From NCBI RefSeq assembly GCF_037042905.1, contig NC_087252.1, forward strand, positions 4,528,001 through 4,592,000: a stretch of DNA of 64,000 nucleotides, written 5' to 3'. The notes beneath the pieces were generated by a model. It worked only from the letters and a program-made list of their open reading frames with translations, was not told the origin of the DNA and did not search any database. Source of the stretch: Lytechinus pictus (Eukaryota). Both the position numbers and the translations under genes were made by a program. This document shows, in pieces, positions 41,832-55,600 of the stretch; position 1 is the stretch's first letter, and every line of letters begins with the position of its first letter.

Positions 41832-42196
41832 GTGTGATCTCATGCACCCAAAATTTTTAATTCAATCTAGTAACCGGTTTCACTTTCAGACATAACGTGA
41901 GCATAGTTCGCTAGTCATGCTAATAATTTCGACGCTTAATTGCTACCCCGTACACAACCGGATCTAATTTAAAGAAATCATGGGTCTGTATACTGTATGA
42001 AACGCTTTACATGATATGATGAATTCATTTGCATGGATTCTGATACTGATACTGATACTGATGTAAATTCTATCAGAAACCCTTATATCTTTAATAAGTA
42101 AAGCGTAAAAGTTAGTTGCAAATTCGCACCGCAAGTTACCCTATTTGTTTTAATGATAAATTCCTGGCCATTTGTACTTTTCACCGTACCTGGTAT

Positions 42197-43388
42197 CAGT
42201 GGCGTAACTACGGGGGGGCATGGGGGGGCACGTGCCCCCCCCCCCCCAATCGGCTGGCCAAAAAAAAAAAAAAAAAAAAAAACGGGGAAAAGGAGAAAAA
42301 GAGGGAGAAAGGAAGAGAAACGTAGTGGGGAAAGAAGAAATTATTGTTCATTGAAATGTTATATTATATTATGTTATGTTATATTACATAAGAAGCATTT
42401 TTTCATAACGTTATGAAACATTATTCGCTAAGGGCCTATGTCTTCATTGTTCCTGGTGCTCGCATAGACTGTTTAACGGGATATATGATCCTGTTGTACT
42501 AAAACCTCCCGTTTTCAAAACAATATACACCAAATATATTTCCTCGCAATTCGAGTTATTATTGTTTTATGTAGTGACATTTGCTTCTTTTTCATGACTA
42601 CTTAAAGTGATTGCCCTATTTTAAGGTCTTAATATAAAACATTTCCTGTCCGTGCTAACGTTCGCATTAGTTGATTGGTGAGATGTCTGCTCTTCATAAA
42701 TTCCTCAAATCTGTCCTTAAAATGTCAATTTTTCTGATCTGAATATCAAAACTTTTCAGCTCGCGCTTCGCACTCGCATCATTTGGTTAGTGAAATGCGT
42801 TAGGTCTTTGTGAATTCCTACAAACAAGCCTTAGAATGCCCCTCTTCAGGTGTGAATTACAAAAAAAAAATCAGCTCGCGCTTCGCGCTCGCAGTATTTG
42901 ATTAGTGAGATGCGTATGATTATCCTGATTACAATGACTACAAAAAGTGCTTAATGTGTTCAGATGTAATTCTAACAAAATCAGCAAAGGATTGCACTAG
43001 CATTAGATGACTATGCTGAGATATTTATACTCTAAATGGATTCCTAAAATATAGTCCTTAAAATGTCCCTGTTTGGGTCAATGTATACAAAAATTTCAGC
43101 TCGCGCTTCGCGCTCGCATTGTTTGTTTAGCGAGACAGATCATGATTACAAAAAACTTGCTTATAATGTCCTTTTTTAGGTCTGAATATTAAAAATTTTC
43201 AGCTCGCGCTTCGCGCTCGCATTATCTAATCAGTGAGATACATATCTGTTTAATGGCACTGCTTGTCCTCAAAATGTCTTTATTAGGTCAGTATACCTGG
43301 CAACTGAGCGCGCTCCCTAAGTGACTCGAATTTTTTTGCTGGTGCCCCCCCCCCCCCCCCCAATGCCGTGACCCACGGTACGCCACTG
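42197..43388. mobile_element. hAT-type element with internal tandem repeats (copy 2)
   Basis: TIR cagtggcgta / tacgccactg; perfect 8-bp TSD cctggtat. Confidence 0.88.
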
Positions 43389-45080
43389 CCTGGTATGATA
43401 AACCGTAAGAAAATGAGGCTTTTACAGTATTTTCACTGTTTAATTTGGTCATTTGTACATTTCACGATATTTCACTGTAAAATTAGGCTAGAAGAGTTGC
43501 AGTTTTCCAAGAAATATACGGCGACCTTTTTTTTGTACCGTTCACCATCTTTTTCTTATTCTGTTTCTTTAACTTTCTCCCCCACCCCCCTCCCCCTCTC
43601 TCTATCTCTCTCCCCCCCCCCCCCACACACACACACACACTCTCTCTCTCTCTCTTGTCCATTTTCTCTTTCTATAGCATTATTATACTATATACATCCA
43701 AACTTATAAGAACAAATCCAAACGTACCAACGTAACTTGCTTAATTATTTATTTGAATCATTCACCAAAAAAACAAGACATAATAAATCAAGAAGAAAGG
43801 GAGAGTAAAGCATACTATAACCATCACTGATGTAAGATAATATATAGTCAAAGTCGGATTTTGATATATATATATATATATATATATATGTTACAGTGCG
43901 ATGCATCAGGTAACAGAATACCTCTATTTACCACGCACGTAAAACGTTCCCCCATAGACTTTTGTGATAAAAGGGCAAAAATCACTAAAAAAATAAGGGT
44001 GAAAATAGAGGGTCGAATGTTTACTATTAGTGGATAGAATAATCTGACATTCCATATCAGACCAGGAAAGGGTATTTTAACCAGCTCATTTTGAAACTAA
44101 TTCCCCATTTATGAAGATAATTCCTGACGGGATCAAATTCATCACCTGAAACAATAAAATAGCCCCAGTTTTTCCGCCGGTCAAAAATGGTTCAAAAGTC
44201 ATTGATACATATATCTTCCCAAATCGGGCAAGGGAAGTTCAGAAGTTACCATCCCTGGAATCAGAGTTATATTTAAATCATATTCATACGCTTTTGTCAA
44301 TCAGATGTATCAAATTAAACACAAAATAATGGGTTTGGTCGAATGAATATCTTTTGACTTCTTGTTGCAATTATATGCTCGTGGTACCTCTGAAGTAAAG
44401 CAACTGTTATGAGATGCCGAAATAGATCTGTATCGATTTAGGTGAGTGGGAAACGTATACTCGTTGATAGTTTACTACTTTTTATTTCTCTGTGACCATC
44501 AATGAACCATGGACCGTCAGAGTAGTAGGTCCATGAATGAACTAATCTGATGTATCGTAATTATTATGTACTCATTACCAAGTAAGGAAAGGTGGAGAGT
44601 TAACATCAAAGACCGATTCCATCGTATCATAAAACAAATAATGTACATCAAAATGCCCGATGTGAGTAAACTATCTAGGCTCTGTAACTTTGAAATCACA
44701 ATCGACTTAGTCTAGTGTTTCAGACTGTTGTTACATTCTGCCAGATGTATGCATAATAAGCAAAAAGTTCATTAGGTCATAAGTTTTATTTTCCATATCC
44801 GTACAATATATTTATAAAATATGTCAAAGACATCATCATAGAAGACAGTCACAAAACATCAGAAATATACCCCGAAAATTAAAGAAAAAAATAAATATAG
44901 AATGTTGGGTAGCAACAAAGGTCAAAGACCTATCGAGGTAGCTCCCAGAGCCATGTTGTTTAATAGATAGATATACAGTAATTAGAAAGAAAAAAACCAT
45001 CAAATACCCTTATAATATACATCGTCTTTTATTTGACTGTAGTTTAATGTGTTTTAAAACAGTAATTGGGTGCGAATCCT

Positions 45081-45116
<36 letters not shown>

Positions 45117-45271
45117 GTGTGAAATCATATATGTACAACAGCTTTGGCAACTCTTTTATTTTTAAATATTTTTGTGAAAGGAATGGATGAAGAGAACAAT
45201 GGTAGGCGTAGCTTAACTCAAGGTTCCCCAGAGCTATCTGCCCTTTGGAAAAATTGGTGATGCCGAAAAAA

Positions 45272-45343
45272 TGTCTCTGCCGGGAATCGAACCCGGGCCC
45301 CCAGCTTTGAACGCCGGTGCATTAACCACTAGACCACAGAGAC
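45272..45343 (-). tRNA. tRNA-like 72-nt cloverleaf (Glu-like boxes, apparent TCA anticodon); probably a repeat-borne pseudo-tRNA
   Basis: GTCTCTG/CAGAGAC acceptor stem, CCGGC-GTTCAAA-GCTGG anticodon arm, CCGGG-TTCGATT-CCCGG T arm, followed by T6. The D-stem is weak. Confidence 0.45.
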
Positions 45344-45392
45344 GGGTTAGTGGCTAGGGCGACCCCGATCCGATTGACCGTCAGATAGACAG

Positions 45393-45462
<70 letters not shown>

Positions 45463-45689
45463 CGCTGATTCAGCAACAACGAACTCGTAAACTTATAAAT
45501 GATGTTTATATTAATTCAAATACTCATACGAACCCATAACACATTTAATTAAGCAAATATCATGACTATATACTACGTTATCGTAAACAAACGGTTAAAT
45601 TTTTCTCTCTCTCTACGGCATTTTATTACGAATCTAACTTGAACTTCCAATCAGAGTGATTAATTTGGAGGTATCAAAACAACAAGTTC

Positions 45690-46569
45690 TCAACCAATAT
45701 TAATACAGAGATCGCAATCACTAGTACAATTAGTTCTTTGGCAGACCTTTCGGTAATGACGAGTCCCAGATCTTCTGAAAACTGTTGAGAGAAAGAAAAA
45801 TAAATTATAATTTAAAATCAGAACATTGTCAATTTCCTACGATTGGCAGAGAGATAATGGATATTGGCCCGTATTCTGAAGTCGTGTTTAATTCAAACCC
45901 TGGTCCAAAATTGTGGGTAACCAATTTTACCCAAAGTTATGGATAGCCAATTATTGTGACATTAATCTCAAACAGTAGAGGTTCATAGTGCCAGCTCATT
46001 TGACTCTCAAATCATTCTTAACTGTCTGGGAAGGATGAAAAAAATTAAGATAATTGTCTTCACCATTGAAAAATTATAGGAAAGAGCACCGCAAACATAA
46101 AAAACATACCATGTGAATTTTTTTGACATGTTTGGCTTCCCATAATTTTAGTAAAGAGTTGGACCACGGTCTATGTTATACCCTAGTTCAGAATACGGGC
46201 CATTGAGTGCATACCTTAACATAGTTAACATTGTGAACTATGACGGGAGAAAAATATCATGAATAAATTATGGTCGTCAATTGATGTCTGCCATCAGTAT
46301 GTAGCTCGAAGTCTTTCCCAGTTATTTTTAGCCACAGGCCACAGATTAAAACGATTTTTGTTTATGTGTCCAAGTACCTACGAAAATTTAAATTGCTGGT
46401 GACGACAGGCGGAATAGACCCCCACACAGGGACCTGGGAACGATTTTTTCAGTGGGGGTGCTGAAATCTTTTCTCAAGGTGGGGGGGGGGGGGACAGACT
46501 CAATTCAGTATTCCATAATTACACACACACACACACATACCACACACACACCCTCACATACACACACAA

Positions 46570-46604
<35 letters not shown>

Positions 46605-49600
46605 AATATACATATCAGTCACTTCTTAGCTTTCTTCTTTTAAAAGAACATAAATATATAATTAGATAATCCGAGCGCGAAGCGCAAGCTATTTTTTGTG
46701 GAAATTTCATGTATTTTGTCCTGAAAATTGAACATTTTGAGCAATGTTTGTGGTCCAAGATGCGTATGTAACAAATAATAATTGTGAGCGCGATCAGTGC
46801 GAGCAGATATTTTTTATATACGCTCTGGCCTGATCGAAAGGGACGTGTTATAAGGACTGTTTGCAGTTACCCATGAAGACGAAACATATATCAACAATCA
46901 AATAATGCGCGCGAGCGGAAATAAAAATGAGATTTCAAACCTAGACGAGACATCTTTATATGCACTTTTCTAATCATGAACAGGATAGGTATATAACTAT
47001 ACAATTGATGCGAGCGGAAACAAAATTGAGATTTCAGACCTGAAAACGGGACATTCTTTTCATGTTTCGTAAATTAAGAAAATGATGGGTATTTGGATAT
47101 ATTCTTAAATTAATAATGTGAGCGCGAAGCGCGAGCAGAAAATTTTTGATATTATGATCTGAAACTCCACACTGAATGTAAAATGGTTTAAACAGATAAA
47201 GGAAACTCAGACGAACAAAATAATGAAGAATTTATCAAAATCAGACAAGGAATATCACAGTTATTGTATTTTAAATATTAGCATTATTCCCCACATGTTC
47301 TTTTGTATTTTATTATATAAAATTAGGTTTATTCAATATTTTCCTTTCAAGAACCAAAACAGTTGAATTGACAACTGATTTTATTAGTCCATTAGATATT
47401 CTTTGCTGCAACTTATTTCATTATAAGGGAGACATATCATTCATTCTGGTATGAAAAAAATGAAATAATTTTTATTCCACAAGGAACAGCTAGGATAGTG
47501 GGGATGTGACAGCATCAGCCCACCTATTAAATATTCATGACGACACTGCATATCACCATTTTCATAAAATATTGCTACACTTTAGAATTAAATAACTTAA
47601 CTAATCGTTATCAGATTTTGATAAAATGTATTTGATATAAATATTTTCAGCCCGGAGTACCCCCCCCCAAAAAAAAATCAAGCTGCGTATCTGAATAAAC
47701 ATGTATGCGCGTGTTTAGAGTTAGACCTAGTATCTGGGCATTCTAAATACATTTTTTATTATAAAAATCAATAATGCGAGCGCGAAGCGCGAGCAGAAAA
47801 TATTTGATATTCCGATCTGAAAGAGGGTGAATTTAAACACTATTTCAAGTAATGTGTCGGAAAATTAAGTGGGGGGGTTCTACAAAACGTCGTTCATTTT
47901 CATTACATTTCTGTCATTTATCATACCTACCACTAGATTTCCAGGAGGTGCGCTGCCTATTCACCCCCCAGCATGCACCCCCGCTTCCCAGCCCGTTTGG
48001 GCCATGGGGCAGGGCGAAAAAGACTGTGAAATTTGATTTCTATTGTCTGACTTGTAATTTTTGTATACAATACACGGGCGGTCGGGCGCGCGCTCACTTG
48101 ATTCGACAAAAAACCTGGAAGTTTCAACTTTAACCACCCCATGTCCATCCCCGCTATCGAAGAGTGTGTATGGTTATCACATTTTGCGCGCGACCACGTC
48201 TGTATCGGAGTGCTGCCCCCGGGGGGGGCACTCAGTATATAATGCATAGTGGGTATGTGCCGCGGAGGGGACCCCCATTTTCACACTCAAATTTTCGTTC
48301 CGTGGCATAGCATTTTTGTCTTATCGAGACAAAAAACAAAGAAAGCCGCTCCAAGGCATAGCACTTTGTTCTTATCGAGAAAAAAAAGAAAGAAATCCGC
48401 TCCAAAGCTTCGCATATTTTTCGTTACGCCGTTCCGGTCGCATTGATCTGCTGCAATTTTGGTGAAAAGCGGCCGCCGAGCGCTGTCCGACCATCGTCTC
48501 TGCGCTAGCGCACCCAGCGGAGGCCGCGTATAGCTGCATCATGCACGCATGCCCGTTCCATAGGGGTACATACGTACGTACTCGCACGCTGGCGATCCGT
48601 TCCAAGGACCCCCGTTTTCACAAAATTGTAGTTCCGAAACCCGTTCCGAGGACCCTCCTTTTTACAATAAGCCCGCTCCAAGGCCCCCGTTTTTCGTCTC
48701 GCCCGCGGCACACCCCTACCACTTTTTTGGTCGAGTGCCCCCCCCCGGGGTGCTGCCCCGCTGGAGCTTGATTGAGTCGCGTTATAGGAGGGATGTTATT
48801 GGAATATGTGAAAGACTATGTAAATGATTTGCGATTGTCGGATGTGATAATTATGTACATTATAACATATTTAAAAAAATACAGGGGAACCTGATTTCGT
48901 GGGGGTGCTGCCTATGGAAAATAATACACGCAGCACCCCCAGGAAAATTTCTGGGGGTGCTTCAGCACCCCCGCTTCCCAGGTCCCTGCCCCCACAAAGA
49001 CTTCGGACGGTTTTGTTTGTTTGGTTTTTTTTGCAATATTTTACGACGCGCATGAGAACCGTTGCGCTCATACCCCTATACCACCTCCCCCCCCCCCATC
49101 TTTTTTTTAATTACATGTATAGATCAAATATAAATTGTGTGTTTGAATATTTGATGAATGAAATCAGTCGACATGCACATTATGGGGGGGGGGTTAAATT
49201 GAAAAAAAAAAAGATTTCGACCAATTTCATCGAGCAAAAATCCCCAAACAAAGTCGAAAAGTAAGAAAAATGCATAAGAAACTCAGCAAAAATGGACATT
49301 ATCGATAACCATTCTCTTTTGTAGGAAAGGCCGTTATCGGGACTAAACTTAATGTATTACATTGTGTTATACATGAATTAGCATTATCTAATGATTAATA
49401 TTAGATTGATTAAAATAACACATTTCTTTAAGTATAGTTGGAGATGGGTACAAAATGATTCAGTCCTAAAAGAGGTAAATGAAATAAACGAACCATTATA
49501 TTTCCGAGTATTCCCACTTTTTGATATAAAATCATTTCAACATGCTTGCAGAATTACATGGACTTCAATCAATAATGTCTGTAATAATAGTCTAAGCAAT

Positions 49601-52600
49601 TACCCATTCCTTTCTTCATAACTGGTAATAACATGAAATTGTTAGAAAATATCGATGCCTTCAAAAAGGCCTTAAAAACATTTTTCCAGACTTCTTGTAA
49701 TTTTTAGATCAGATCCCTCATTCTTACTTTCTTACTTTGTTATCTTGTATATATATTGTAAATACGTTTTTTTCTTACTTTTTCACATTTTGTCAACGTC
49801 TTTATCGTAAGTCAACTAAGCTTTTCTTTTCCTGTATTATATTTACATGTATATCTATGTAAGGGACCCCTCTGTAAAACAGCGTTGATATGTTATCAAC
49901 GCTGAGTACGGCAATCCCTCCGTCTTTTTAATGATCATTTCTTTGTAATTGTAAATATATCTATCGTTGTTGTAATTTTTAATTGACGGAAAATGAATAC
50001 AATACAATACAGTAATAGAAATAAATATTAACCCTTTGTATAAAACTATTTTTCGGACGATCATGTTTTTTAAAGGTATTTTTTCTAAATTTCTATGAGG
50101 TAATGGACGTCTACTATAATTTTTGTAAATAATAATTTGTGTAAGAATGGTCTGCCCCTTCTACTACGATATTTGCATATGGCATGGCAACCATCGTAAA
50201 TGTTCATATTATCGACACAGAATTTTAATACAAAATGCGAATACACTCTCATAGTTTAATTCGGCCATCGTCGCTCTTAAAGAATTACAAGACTGAAAAC
50301 CTCAACGAAAGGGGGAGGCAATTTGGAATATTTTTCCCATCATTTCTTTCGAGGTGGTAATTATATATATATTTGAAATTGAGAATGTTTTATTATTATT
50401 GCACTTCGCAGCCAAAAGTCTGAATTGTGCACAACTTACATGTATGTATTTGACATTACAACTGGTTAAAAAAAAATCAAACATGAAACAGCTCATTAGA
50501 AAGAGTGAACGTATACACTGCAATAACTCCGGTGTTGATTTAACACCAGCCCGGAGTCTGTATATGTCCACACCAGAGAAGTGTGAAACAACACCAGTTT
50601 CGTTTTGGTTTATTCCCTAATTCGACTCTCAATCGTGAATAAATTATTTTCAATCACGCCTCACTATCCTTAAGCACAACCAGTGCAACAACATCAACAC
50701 CTGAAATAAATAACATTTATATATACTTTACAAAAAACATACCTGTTTCGATGGGAGCACCAAGCTTCGACGGCAAGACAGCACGAACGGTACTTACTGA
50801 CGAATGTACTTGCTCACTCTGAGGCCTCCCACTGAGTTCAGATCTCGTAGAACTCATCAATGTACTGTATATGCTGTAAGGCCTATCCATCCATCAGAAT
50901 TCTCTTTGCTCTATCTTCTTGTATCCAGTCAATCGTCCACATATCCATCCCGAATAAGACGTCCGTACTGTGCTGTGTCGAACTCGGTCAGTGAATTCCG
51001 AATCGTTTAGGAATTCAGACACTCCTCACGCAAGCATTGTTATGCTAATCGGATACTTCTGCTAAGAAAAGAAAATGTATTTATTCCCTAATTCGACTCT
51101 CAATCGTGAATAAATTATTTTCAATCACGCCTCACTATCCTTAAGCACAACCAGTGCAACAACATCAACACCTGAAATAAATAACATTTATATATACTTT
51201 ACAAAAAACATACCTGTTTCGATGGGAGCACCAAGCTTCGACGGCAAGACAAGCCAAACATATAGCTCCCCCTCTCAGTCAAACAAAGAACGGGTAAACA
51301 AGAAAATTAGTTACACAACGCAATAATTTCAATTTAACCAACTTTTAAAGTATAATGAGAATAATACATGTCTCATTCAACAATCTCATCGAACACCTAC
51401 AATCCATCTTTAACAAAGTTATACGTATAATCATACTGAGGCTAATTTACCCGGTATAAAAATAATTCTAAAGCCCCAAAGTCATAGAAACTGAAAGACG
51501 ATCCGTCATATTGTCTTTCATATATCCATCCTTAGCAGTCTCCGACCTCCACCTACCATGTTTCTTAAACAACCTGTCTGGAACACCAAAGTTCGCTGCT
51601 GCTGTGGCTCCGCCACTTCGGAAGCTATGCATGCCAAAACTCTTTGGATTCAACCCTACTTTCGCCAACGCCTCTCTCAATAATTATAAACATCTAGTAT
51701 AAGACAACTGTCCACGTCTTAACTTGTAACTATTACTGGATTTACAGTAATTTAGAGGCCTAAAATGAAATTCTTCATCAGAGGCATCGTTAAGCCCCGC
51801 TGCAATCAAATATTTCCTCAAAGCTAATACTGGGCAGGTGGGGGAATCTGTAGCACCTATAGAAACCCATGCTCCTTGCCCGTAAATATCGGTTTTACTT
51901 TTCATGATGAAAATATTCACATGAGACAAATACAAGTCTAAATCACATCTATGAATATGTATCATTTCATCAAATCGTAGAAAGCCTGCGTAGGAAATCA
52001 AAATCATAGCACATAATCGAATATCTAATAGACTCGTTGAAGATCCATACTTCTCAACAACTGCTTTCAAAATGTCCGGGGTTATAACTTCTTTCTTAAC
52101 GATCGGTTTGTTTAGTAATTTATTTAAACCTTGTAAAACAATATGTATGAACTTGCGATCACAGGGATTAACATTCATCCTTGACTTGCAGTCAAAATGC
52201 CACTTAATGGCGTAAAAAAGCCGACTCTATCCTCGAATAAGGAGCTTCTCTTTGATACAAATGAATAAGATAGCGACTAATATCTTCTGGTTCTGCTGTG
52301 TCAGAATTTACCTTATTTTTCTTACACCAATCTCTCCAGATATTCAACGCTCTGTTGTATTTACTCATAGTGTATCAGCTCTCGAAGCTGTCAAGACCTT
52401 GTTCAAAGTTATATCATATCCTTCATGAAGATAATTTCTGGATTTAAGAAAAATTAAACAAAACTTAAGCTTGTGTATATATTTATCTCAATACAATATA
52501 TTCAATTTGTGATAAATTCTAAAGTTCAGTCATTCTTATCAAATTCTCAAAATTTAATCACTTCTAATACGTTTTACAGCCATGACAGCAAAATTAAATA

Positions 52601-55600
52601 TCAGCTATGCAGCTATCCTCAAACCAGATGGTTTTATATTTTCACTAAAATTTCAGTATGAAATTCATTAGATCACAATTCCATATCAGAATTCGTTCCA
52701 ATCGTCTTGAAGGCTTAGCAAAACAATAGCTTTGGGATTCATTTCCTTTGCGAAAATATTTATTTTTGCCTTAAAAACACTCGCAAAAAACTTTCTGAAA
52801 CATTTTATTCTCAAGAATTATGTAATTTTGAGACTTTGAATGTTTTCAATCATCACCAATTTCTTCATTCTGAGCTCCGCTGCCAGTAAATTATAACTAA
52901 TTTGAGAATGAAATCTCATATAAATTCCTTATCAACCTTTACGATGGTTATTCTTTTACATAATCACAACATTCTCCAATTTCCATCACCACTTCTTTGC
53001 TCTGCAGCATAAGTGGATCCTAGCTATGCAGCTATCTGCCATGCGGCCGTGTAAAAATTACATGTTGCATTCCAACAGTATAATTTTGAATTAACCTCCA
53101 TCAAATGGATTTATTACATACCAACATTCATGTCAGCCATCTCTCACAAACCGTTAAGGCGTAGACATAAGACCGGGCTTTGGAATTTCTTTGTCCCAAA
53201 AATGGATTTTTTTTGTTGTTGTTTATTTCTGCCTTGAACGAAAATTCCTTGAGGATTATCAATTTTGAAGTATTCAGAGATTAAGGAACGAAAATCACTT
53301 TGTTCAGAGAAAAGAATCGGCCAGAAGGGTGCAGACGGCCAGAAGGGAACAACCAAAGTCCCCCTAGCAGAACGAACCTTCAGATGCTTAAGTACTTGTC
53401 CTATACATTCGATAGGTGGAACCAACCAATTATTCTCGCCCGACCAATTACATGAGAAGGAATCAACATGACCTGTTAGGGGACACCAAAATTTAGAATT
53501 GAACTTCTTAATTTTGAAATTAAAATCGTCCGCAAATCTTTTCACAGTGTGAAGGCCCCAGATTTTGTCCAAAAATCCGAAAAATTCATCTGACACACCC
53601 CAATCATCAAAATCTATGATGCGACTTAGTGCATCTGCAAAACGGTTCTCCTCTCTGGGAACCCAATGAACGTGAAGACTAATGTGGTTTCTTTTACACA
53701 AATCAAAGCTGTGTAAACTCATCTCATGCAATTCTGCAATCATATTTCCTTTATTTACAATCGATTCTACTCCTTTATTATCACAGAAGACCTTGACAGT
53801 TTTATGTCTCAAGTGAGATGCAAATGTTCGAAGTGCCATACTTACTGACTTGAGTTCTCTCCAAGTGGAGCTTTTAACCATTTCAAACTCAATCCAATCT
53901 CATCCCATTTCATGCCTGCGCACTCAGAAACACAGGCCCCGCAGCCTGATGGACTTGCATCAGAATAGATGAAAGTCTGTGGAACTGAATAAGCAGAAAT
54001 AATGTTTACGTTAAGAATATGCACATTCTTCTCCAGAAGAAGAACACGAATATTAAATCATCACTATTGATCACATTATCGGTAGAGCGGGGGTTTCGGA
54101 TTCCGGTGACCCGGGTTCGATTCCCAAGTGGTGCGCTAGTGCCCTTTGGTAAGGCATTTATCCTCATTACCAGGTCCCTCGGAGAGGACCTTAAGCCGTT
54201 GGTCCACTGGTTGCTTGCTCACAGGCATTCGTGCTTTCTTAGCAGTCAGGTAAAACAACCTCGGTATAACATTATGTCCTATCCCAATGTACCCTCCGGA
54301 TGATTTCGTGATGCATAAATCTGGTTTTAAATTGAGTAACTGTGCCAAACACTGGATACAATGTATCTTTCCAACTATAACTACGATCTTTCGTGCTGAA
54401 ACATCAGGCAATTCTGCTTGAAATGAATCTAAACATAATTCAAGATCCTTCATCCTTCTTTCAGTAATCTTTATATAAGCTACTCTGCTTTCCCGTGGTA
54501 TTCTAACCAATCCAAACACTGGACAGGAGTCCATTGAGATATTTCTCAACATTTGGTATCAAACCTGCTTCAAGTATGTCATTTTCACCGTCTTGACCAT
54601 AGTATCATACGAATCAAAGGAAGCAGCACGACCCAATCATCTATATACAAAGCAATGAAAATACCATTTCTACGCCAATGATTAACAATAGGCTTGAATC
54701 ATGTAATGAAAACAAAGGTAGCTGTTGCCAACCCAATGGCAAAACCTAAAAAGAGAAAAACCTTGTACCACTACCAAAATCCCAACTAAATCCTACAATT
54801 GTCCATGCACTTGAAAAATGTAATAATGATGATAACCTTGCTTAAGTTAAAAGGAAAGCATAAAATCTCCCTTTTTTAAATAAGACATGACTACATTCCA
54901 TAATAGTGTTCTTCCACAAGTGTTAGTTGACATAACGTAAACCAAGAATCAGTCTCTTTTTATATCTGAACTCTGAATTGAATCTGAAAGGGGGTTAACA
55001 TCATGGGGTGCAGTGGTGGATTCAACAACCAAACCATTTTTAATAATAATTCGTTAATGGCTTCAGAAACGAAATCGGGATCGATGTCAATGCTGACTTA
55101 TCATCTTATTATAAGGTACACTTGTAACCGTGTTCAGTGACATCTACAGCAATTTGAGATGCATCAGTTGATTTCCAAGTTGTAAGGAAGCATTCAATCT
55201 ACCTTTAACCAAAGGTTCTGAATTTCATTGATCATACTCATAATTTCTCAAATAAAATTCTTCCTCCTACCATGCACATCTTGTCAAATCAACAATAAGT
55301 TAACGTTACTCGATGTTTCCCAACCGAAACAAATTCAACAATGCTCTGTTTCTGTATTTCTTAATTTAGAAGGGCCCGCTGACGGACCAGGAGTAGTCAA
55401 TATATTCCAGATTGTTTGATCTGTGTCATATCTATGTCTAGGTTCATTAGTTAAAGGTGTAATTTAACCAAAATAACACATCTTTTCTTAACATATAATT
55501 ATGGACTGGGTAGGATCAAGATAGATTGCTTTGCTACGCGCTTCTGATCATTCTACTCTTCAGTTTTCAAATACCACACTTCGTCAAATACAGAACAAAA

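Noticed and set aside
50781..50955. Possible hammerhead ribozyme in the A2-B2 spacer (tgatgag on the minus strand)
   Set aside because: No CTGANGA core paired with a GAAA box and the required stems.
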